From positions 1-52,022 of the forward strand of contig JBHIBS010000010.1 in the NCBI GenBank assembly GCA_046759165.1: a stretch of 52,022 bases of DNA, given 5' to 3'. A program made the position numbers and the translations under genes. Of the stretch, positions 45,898-52,022 are shown one piece after another. The notes under the pieces were generated by a model. It worked only from the letters and a program-made list of their open reading frames with translations. It was not told the DNA's origin and did no database searches. Positions within the stretch are counted from its first letter, which is position 1. The number at the start of each line of letters is the position of its first letter. The DNA comes from a bacterium (GTDB lineage Bacteria > UBA6262 > WVXT01).

Positions 45898-48197
45898 CGC
45901 ACCCCTCCTTTTAAAAGTTTATTTCCCAACATCTTCATCAGTGCTGGCAGGAGAACAAGAGTAGCTATAGTGCTGAAAATCATCAGGGAAGCAAAGAATA
46001 CCCCTACAGTTATATAAGGTGTTAGAGTGGAAACTGCCAGAGGCAGGAAGCCAAAGATAATCACAATAGCATTTCTTAAAATAGCTCGCCCAGGTCCGCT
46101 AAAGATATATCTATTTGTTTCCCCAATATCATCTGATAGTTTATATCTTTCACGAAATCTCTGAATGAAGTGAATGGCAAAGTCAATAGCCAGGCCAAGA
46201 CTTAAAGAGGAACAAATTGCAATGGGCATATCGTAGTCTTTGCCAATTAAACCAACTATTCCGTAGGAAAGTAGAATAGCAAAGGTTAGAGGCAACATAG
46301 CAATGAAACCCAAGCCAGGGGACCTAAAGAGAAAAACCATCAGGAAAAAAACCACTACAAAACTTCCAAGTATTGCCTTAAGCATTCCAGATACCATTAG
46401 ATCCTGCCAGATTTTGTTGATGTAGGTTAAGCCTGACCACTGGAACTTTATCCCACCGGGAAGAGGATTCTGTTGGGTGAACTCCTTTACATCAAGTACC
46501 ACTCTCTCCATTGATTTGTTATCTCCACTTTTTAACTGAACCCAGATGTTCGCCTTCTGAAAGTTATAATCTACGAAATTATCCAGAGCATCGGGATCAC
46601 TGGAGTTTAAGAAAAGAAATAGATACTGGGCAATTTCTTCCAAGGATTTAGGGACTACCTCGTAATTCTTATCTTCTCCGTGCAGAACATAATTTATTCG
46701 CTTGATAATGTCTGCTACTGAAGAGGTCTTGCCGACAGTTTCTTTTTCTTCAAGGAAGCGCTGGAGTTTGTCAATATACCCAATCACCTCCGGTCTTTTA
46801 ATCTCATTCTCTTTTTCACCTTCAAGCACTAGAGAAGCCATATAAGTACCGCCAAAAAGACGATTCATCGCTGTATCCGCTATTCTAATTTTATGACTCT
46901 TCTTGAACCATTTTACTGGATTATCATTAACCACTACTTTGCTTACACCCCAGATACCTAAGGCAAGCATTAGAACCCCGGCTAAAACCACTGTTTTACT
47001 TCTGGTAAAGGTAAAATTTCCTACCGCAGGTAAAATTCCTCCAATCCAGGACTTCTTTTCTCTTTCTTTAGTCAGACTTTTCTCAAGTTTTTCTTCCCGG
47101 ATAAGCATTATTGTAGCTGGAATAAAAGTAATCGTAAGCAACCACGCTGCCATTATCCCGAAAGCCACAAAGATACCAAAAACCCTTACCGGAGGAATAG
47201 GAGCTAATGCCAGGGAGCCAAACCCAATTGCTGAGGTTAGTGAAGTATAAAGCATAGGAGAAAAAAGTTCATCCATTGCAGCCAAAATAGTTTTCTTTCT
47301 GTCTTTCAGGGAAGGATATCTGTCATAAAATTCACTGAGGATATGTACCGAGTCAAGAACAGCTATGGGCATAAGAAATATAGGAATCATCGAACTCATA
47401 ATGTGCACAGTAAATCCTAAACCGATTAAAAGTCCCATTCCCCAGGCAACACTGAACATTGCTACAATCATGGAAGAAATAATCAAGGAAAATTTACGAA
47501 ATAACAGAAATAAAAGCAGAAAGATAACCATTCCAGTTAGAGGAGCAGTGATCCCCATCTGCTTAAACATCTCATGCCCGAAAGTATCTTCAGCTACAGG
47601 AAGCCCGGCAATATAGTATTTTTGTTTATTATCTAATTCTTTTTCTACAATTGCTTCGATATCCTTAGATATACGGTAGCTCATATTCTTCTCTTCAATG
47701 GGAATGTAAATGGCGACACCCTTACTGTCTAGGGAGACTATCTTTTCCAGAAAGAGCGGGTTATCAAAAATGTCTTTCTTAAGATCATTTATCTCTTCAG
47801 GACTCTTGGGTACTCCTTCCATAATTCGGTTTACCTCTAACAAACCACCCCTGAATTTCACATTATCCGTAGTAGTGAAACTGATTACATCTTTAATTAT
47901 TACCCCTTTGACTTTCAAAATTTCTGTAGTTATACGGGATAACTTATCTAAAGTCTGGGAATTGAATATCCCTTTTTCATCTGTTATTCCCAAAACAATC
48001 ATATCGCGAATACCAAAATCACGCTTGAGCTGACTGTAAAACACCCTATCTGGCTCCTTTTTCGATAGCATATTTTCAGGATCAGTATCTATTTTTACCT
48101 TAGGAAACTGCAAGCCGAATAGGAACGTGGCTATCAATGTAAAAAATATGACGGTTTTAGGATACTCAACTGAAATATGAACTAATTTTTTCAACAT
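45894..48197 (-). CDS. MMPL/RND-family transporter
   Basis: Two repeats of TM-periplasmic domain-5TM; DTDPENML, AVLDSVH, GLAIDFAIHF; ATG 48197 with AGGAG RBS. Confidence 0.9.
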   Translation of the reverse strand: MLKKLVHISVEYPKTVIFFTLIATFLFGLQFPKVKIDTDPENMLSKKEPDRVFYSQLKRDFGIRDMIVLGITDEKGIFNSQTLDKLSRITTEILKVKGVIIKDVISFTTTDNVKFRGGLLEVNRIMEGVPKSPEEINDLKKDIFDNPLFLEKIVSLDSKGVAIYIPIEEKNMSYRISKDIEAIVEKELDNKQKYYIAGLPVAEDTFGHEMFKQMGITAPLTGMVIFLLLFLLFRKFSLIISSMIVAMFSVAWGMGLLIGLGFTVHIMSSMIPIFLMPIAVLDSVHILSEFYDRYPSLKDRKKTILAAMDELFSPMLYTSLTSAIGFGSLALAPIPPVRVFGIFVAFGIMAAWLLTITFIPATIMLIREEKLEKSLTKEREKKSWIGGILPAVGNFTFTRSKTVVLAGVLMLALGIWGVSKVVVNDNPVKWFKKSHKIRIADTAMNRLFGGTYMASLVLEGEKENEIKRPEVIGYIDKLQRFLEEKETVGKTSSVADIIKRINYVLHGEDKNYEVVPKSLEEIAQYLFLFLNSSDPDALDNFVDYNFQKANIWVQLKSGDNKSMERVVLDVKEFTQQNPLPGGIKFQWSGLTYINKIWQDLMVSGMLKAILGSFVVVFFLMVFLFRSPGLGFIAMLPLTFAILLSYGIVGLIGKDYDMPIAICSSLSLGLAIDFAIHFIQRFRERYKLSDDIGETNRYIFSGPGRAILRNAIVIIFGFLPLAVSTLTPYITVGVFFASLMIFSTIATLVLLPALMKMLGNKLLKGGVR

Positions 48198-48421
48198 CCG
48201 TTTTCTCCTTTTAATTCCTTTACCTCTTTTTCTAAACTTTTGAGTCCGCATAGTTTAAGAATGCTCATCATCGGGCGCCAATTCGTAAACCCCGACTGAA
48301 ATAAACTGAAACCAACAGCAAAGGTCATAAGAATCCAATATTTAGAGTGAACATAGAAAAGGGTTAAAGAAACAAGGACAAAAAATCCTGCCACTAATCT
48401 CAAAGTTCTTTCCAGTTTCAT
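48191..48421 (-). CDS. DUF2892/YgaP-like small membrane protein
   Basis: ERTLRLVAG...LFQSGFTNW-x-PM pattern, two TM helices, GGAGG RBS. Confidence 0.8.
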   Translation of the reverse strand: MKLERTLRLVAGFFVLVSLTLFYVHSKYWILMTFAVGFSLFQSGFTNWRPMMSILKLCGLKSLEKEVKELKGENGC

Positions 48422-48479
48422 AACCTATCACCTCCTTTTTTGTCGTCTATAGAGACGCATATGAAAATAAAGAGTTACA

Positions 48480-48818
48480 CTATTTTTTATACTTCTTTAA
48501 CAATTGATTATTCTCAGCTAACTGTTCAAATAAAACTTCTCTGATTATGTCGCAGGCTTTTATCATTTTTGGTCTGGCAAGACGGTAATAGACATTAAGT
48601 CCTTCTCTTCTTGTAGAAACAATTTTTTGTTTTCTTAAGACGGTCAGATGTTGTGATAGATTTGCTTTATTTGTCTTGACCTGTTCTAGTAGTTCTTTTA
48701 CTGATTTTTCTCCATCACGCAATAAATTCAAAATCTTTAAACGTCTGGGATGAGATAAAGCGCTACAGAGTTCAGCATGAACCTCATAAATTTTTTCTTC
48801 TACAGAATTGTTTTTCAT
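48480..48818 (-). CDS. ArsR/SmtB-family repressor with two Cys
   Basis: LCSALSHPRRLKIL, NLSQHL, RREG..VYY, KACD; ATG 48818 with GGGAG RBS. Confidence 0.9.
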   Translation of the reverse strand: MKNNSVEEKIYEVHAELCSALSHPRRLKILNLLRDGEKSVKELLEQVKTNKANLSQHLTVLRKQKIVSTRREGLNVYYRLARPKMIKACDIIREVLFEQLAENNQLLKKYKK

Positions 48819-48840
48819 CTCTTGGCTCCCTACTGTCAAT

Positions 48841-48887
48841 TAGTTTCGCTATATCTCAACTATATAATATCTTTACAAATATCTCAA
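48841..48887 (-). promoter_or_regulatory. Sigma70 promoter with overlapping imperfect inverted repeat (candidate ArsR operator)
   Basis: Minus strand TTGAGA (48882-48887)-N17-TATAGT (48859-48864); tagtt...aacta arms at 48841-48862. Confidence 0.55.
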
Positions 48888-48971
48888 GTGTTTTTTTAAA
48901 AATTTTCTAAGCAATCGAGGTGGTATCAATATGGAGGATAAACTAGGACTGCGGTTTCCAGATGGTAGTTT

Positions 48972-50309
48972 TTATTCGATGCCATACTCTTTCATTTTCT
49001 GCCAGAGAGTTTTGGGGGTAATTCCTAATATTTTAGCTGCATCCTTCTTACGACCTTTTGTCTGGGCCAGCACTTTGAGCAAATAATCTTTTTCTGATTC
49101 TTCTACTACCTCCTGAATGGTTCTTGTTTTACCTTCCTTCTCTTCTGTTTTCAAGAAAGAAGGTAAATCTTTAGGAAGAATTTCCTCTCTATCAGAAAGA
49201 GCAATGACTCGTTCAATTACATTCTCCAATTCTCTTATATTCCCTGGCCAATCATACCAAACTAACAATTGAAGTGCCTGGGGAGAAATTTCTTTTTTTG
49301 ACTCACCTTTATATTTTTCAATAAAATGTCCCACTAAAAGTGGAATATCATCTTTTCTTTCCCGAAGAGGTGGCATGAATATAGGAATAACGTTAACCCG
49401 ATAATAGAGGTCTTCACGAAATTTACCTTCCTGAACTAATTCTAATAGGTCTCTCTTGGCAGCAGCGATAAGACGAACATCAACTTGCAATGTTTCTGTC
49501 CCTCCTACTCGTTCAAATTTTCTTTCTTGTAAAACGCGAAGTAACTTCACTTGAGCTTCCAGTTTAATTTCATCCACATCGTCAATAAATAAAGTGCCCC
49601 CTTCAGCCATTTCAAAACGACCAATTTTACGAGAAATAGCATCAGTGAAAGCTCCTCTCTCATGACCAAATAGCTCACTCTCTATAAGTGTTTCGGATAA
49701 AGCAGCACAGCTAACTTTGATTAAAGGTTTATTTTTACGCGGACTTAAGTTGTGAATTGCTTCCGCAACTAATTCTTTCCCGGTTCCAGTTTCTCCATAA
49801 ACAACCACAGTGGCAGTAGTTTTAGCCACAGTCGTGATTAGTTGGTATACTTCTTGCATCTTCTCATTTGCACCAACTAGACCTTCTAATCTACATCGCC
49901 CTTTTAATTTCTCACGCAAAAGTCGATTTTCCTCTCTTAAATCATAAACCTCAAGAGCTCTTTTTACTAAAAGAACCATATCTTCAGGAAGAAAAGGTTT
50001 AGTAATGTAATCATAAGCACCTAATTTCATTGCTTGAACTGCTGATTCTATTGTTCCATAACCGGTCATCATAATTACCATTGTTTCTGGCGAAATCTCT
50101 TTGATTTTTTCTAATAAACCGATACCATCTATTCCGGGCATTTTAAGGTCAGCTAAGATTAATGCTGGATATACTTCTTTAAATTTTTTCCACCCTTCCT
50201 CACCATCACAGGCTACAGTTACTTCATATCCTTCCTTCTTTAAACTGTCCCGAAGAGTAATCTGCATAAGCTCTTCATCGTCAACTATCAGTATTCTTTT
50301 ATCGGTCAT
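48972..50309 (-). CDS. Sigma54-dependent response regulator (NtrC family)
   Basis: Receiver domain, GETGTGKE, ESELFGHERGAFTDA, FREDLYYR, WPGNIREL, Fis-type HTH. Confidence 0.95.
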   Translation of the reverse strand: MTDKRILIVDDEELMQITLRDSLKKEGYEVTVACDGEEGWKKFKEVYPALILADLKMPGIDGIGLLEKIKEISPETMVIMMTGYGTIESAVQAMKLGAYDYITKPFLPEDMVLLVKRALEVYDLREENRLLREKLKGRCRLEGLVGANEKMQEVYQLITTVAKTTATVVVYGETGTGKELVAEAIHNLSPRKNKPLIKVSCAALSETLIESELFGHERGAFTDAISRKIGRFEMAEGGTLFIDDVDEIKLEAQVKLLRVLQERKFERVGGTETLQVDVRLIAAAKRDLLELVQEGKFREDLYYRVNVIPIFMPPLRERKDDIPLLVGHFIEKYKGESKKEISPQALQLLVWYDWPGNIRELENVIERVIALSDREEILPKDLPSFLKTEEKEGKTRTIQEVVEESEKDYLLKVLAQTKGRKKDAAKILGITPKTLWQKMKEYGIE

Positions 50310-50315
50310 AATTAA

Positions 50316-51413
50316 TCACCTTATTGGTAAAGTAATGGTTACAGTTGTTCCTTCGTTTTCCTTACTTTTTATACCAATTTTACCACGATATTGCTGAATT
50401 ATAGTGTAACTGATGGAAAGCCCCAAACCCACACCTTTGCCAACTTCTTTAGTAGTATAAAAAGGATCAAAAATTTTATCTAATTCTTCCTGTTTGATTC
50501 CTTTTCCATTGTCAATGAATTTAATCTCTATGTTTTTTCCTTTAGTAGCAGTGGTAATACTTAAACTTCCGCCTGGTGGTAAAGCATCTAAAGCATTACC
50601 TATCACGTTCATGAATACCTGCTGCAGTTGATGAGGATCAACTAAAATGGGGGGCAAAGATTCAGTCAAATTCTGTTGAAGAATAATTTGTTGTTCCAAT
50701 AAACGATGTTTAGTAAACAACAAAGCTTCTTTGATTAACTGATTAATATCAGTTAATCTCGGTTTAAATTCTTGACGACCGGAGAAACTCAAGATTTGTC
50801 CAATCGTATTTTCAATACGCATTAATCCTTTCAAAGCTAATTCCAGGTATCCTCTTCTTTGTCCTTTAATTTCGGGATCACCTAAAAGACTGCGGACACA
50901 ATTTAAGATTCCTGCCAAAGGATTATTAATTTCATGGGCAATACCTGCAGAAAATCTCCCCATTGCCGCCATCTTGGCCGACTGAATTAACTGCATTTGA
51001 ATACCGCGAAGTTCTTTGGTTTTTTCTTCCACTCTCTTTTCTAAATTTTCTCGCTCCCTAAGTAGTTCATTACTCTTTTTATCCAACTCCCTGAGTAAAT
51101 ATATGCTGGTAATTTTGAAGTCAGTAAGCTTCTTTCTTGCTTTCTCAAGTTCTTCTGTTTTCTCCTGAACCTTTCCTTTGTAACTTTCAAATTGCTTATT
51201 TACAAGAAATATAGTTTCTTTCCAGTCTTTTTCTTTAAAATTTTTTTCAAATACTTCGCATTCAAGACATGCTTCCATCTTTTCCAGCCAGGTTCCCTGA
51301 ATTTCATCGTGACAATGGGTTCCACATTGTAACCAGCAGCGCAAGTCGTCTGAGTTGTATGAAGGACATCCTGACTTCTTACAGTTAAAATATTCCCAGC
51401 ATTTTAACATCAT
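50316..51413 (-). CDS. Cytoplasmic histidine kinase with N-terminal Cys-rich (two-CW-type) domain
   Basis: CWEYFNC..CP..CWLQCGTHC..CLEC, coiled coil, AHEINNPL, DNGKGI, PFYTTK, GVGLGL; no TM helix. Confidence 0.88.
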   Translation of the reverse strand: MMLKCWEYFNCKKSGCPSYNSDDLRCWLQCGTHCHDEIQGTWLEKMEACLECEVFEKNFKEKDWKETIFLVNKQFESYKGKVQEKTEELEKARKKLTDFKITSIYLLRELDKKSNELLRERENLEKRVEEKTKELRGIQMQLIQSAKMAAMGRFSAGIAHEINNPLAGILNCVRSLLGDPEIKGQRRGYLELALKGLMRIENTIGQILSFSGRQEFKPRLTDINQLIKEALLFTKHRLLEQQIILQQNLTESLPPILVDPHQLQQVFMNVIGNALDALPPGGSLSITTATKGKNIEIKFIDNGKGIKQEELDKIFDPFYTTKEVGKGVGLGLSISYTIIQQYRGKIGIKSKENEGTTVTITLPIR

Positions 51414-51417
51414 TAGT

Positions 51418-51882
51418 TTAGAATTCTAAAACTGTTGGTGGCATACCTTCTAATGCTTCTTTATAAAGTCTAAACCTAACAACATTAGGGATAAGTTTTA
51501 TTAAATCAAACTGTCCGGTGATTCCTGATTCTATGGCTACATCTGCAAAAGGATTACGTCCTTTAAGTTTTTCCAAGGCATAATTTACTTCTTCTTTTTC
51601 TTTCAAAAGTTCAGCCTTTCCATCAATTTCCACTTCCCAGGAATTGTCATACGGATCCTCCAGCCCAAACACAATAAACGAAACATTAAAAGTAGTTAGA
51701 ATTTGGCCTATCTTGGGACTTCCTTTGGTGGACATAAGATAACAGTTAAACTTGCTCTCAACACCATAATACATTACCCTTAGTCTAATGTTTCCTGTCT
51801 CTTTATCCAATGTGCCAAGTATCCCTACCGTCTTCTTTTCTAAATGAGAAAGAATTTCCTGAACATTATGTTGCTTGTTCAT
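51418..51882 (-). CDS. Pyridoxamine 5'-phosphate oxidase-like (FMN split-barrel) protein
   Basis: GILGT, RLRVMYY, STKGSPK, NVSF, VEIDGKAE pattern; GAGGAGG RBS. Confidence 0.7.
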   Translation of the reverse strand: MNKQHNVQEILSHLEKKTVGILGTLDKETGNIRLRVMYYGVESKFNCYLMSTKGSPKIGQILTTFNVSFIVFGLEDPYDNSWEVEIDGKAELLKEKEEVNYALEKLKGRNPFADVAIESGITGQFDLIKLIPNVVRFRLYKEALEGMPPTVLEF

Positions 51883-52022
51883 CTCAAGAGCCTCCTCTTG
51901 TAACTTGCAGGGATTTTTAATTCATTTCTGTACATAGTGATAGACCTTCTAGAAATAGAAAAATTTAATCTCCGTTCCAATTCAAGTTTAAGTTTTTGGT
52001 CTGAAATATTATTTTTTTGTTC

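Noticed and set aside
197-50397. All plus-strand ORFs in the track, including the 236-aa ORF at 22550-23260
   Set aside because: They lie antisense to well-supported minus-strand genes or over repeats, and show no recognisable motifs; treated as shadow ORFs.

Overview
A 52-kb, gene-dense bacterial window. Every credible CDS is on the minus strand. The host looks like an anaerobic diderm (outer-membrane beta-barrels, a LolA-like protein, TatC); taxonomy cannot be fixed from the sequence alone. In transcription order (right to left) it holds six blocks. (1) A PNPOx-like protein, a Cys-rich (two-CW-type) cytoplasmic histidine kinase and a sigma54 response regulator. (2) An ArsR-led operon: DUF2892, MMPL/RND, LolA-like protein, OM barrel, DsrE, a Cys-rich repeat protein and an SQR-like flavoprotein. 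(3) A sigma54-promoted hdrCBA-flxDCBA operon followed by a Listeria FLEET-like quinone/flavinylation gene set (MenA, polyprenyl synthase, NusG-II, Gx-EcfT fusion, ApbE, FMN-binding protein) that has a porin and a second two-component system but no Ndh2. (4) An Rrf2-led assimilatory sulfate reduction operon with its own shortened siroheme pathway (HemA-HemC fusion with no Cys in the HemC part) and a sulfur-carrier relay (JAMM protease, MoeB, TusA, ThiS-CysK fusion). (5) tatC with two twin-arginine proteins (radical SAM, DUF362) and a spermidine-synthase-like membrane protein. (6) An IscR-like/iscU/cysE/cysK/rseC/permease/iscS cluster. Several REP- and MITE-like palindromic elements are dispersed through the window, some inserted in frame in proteins. 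I saw no rRNA, tRNA, CRISPR array or transposase. All family assignments come from motif recognition, not database searches.
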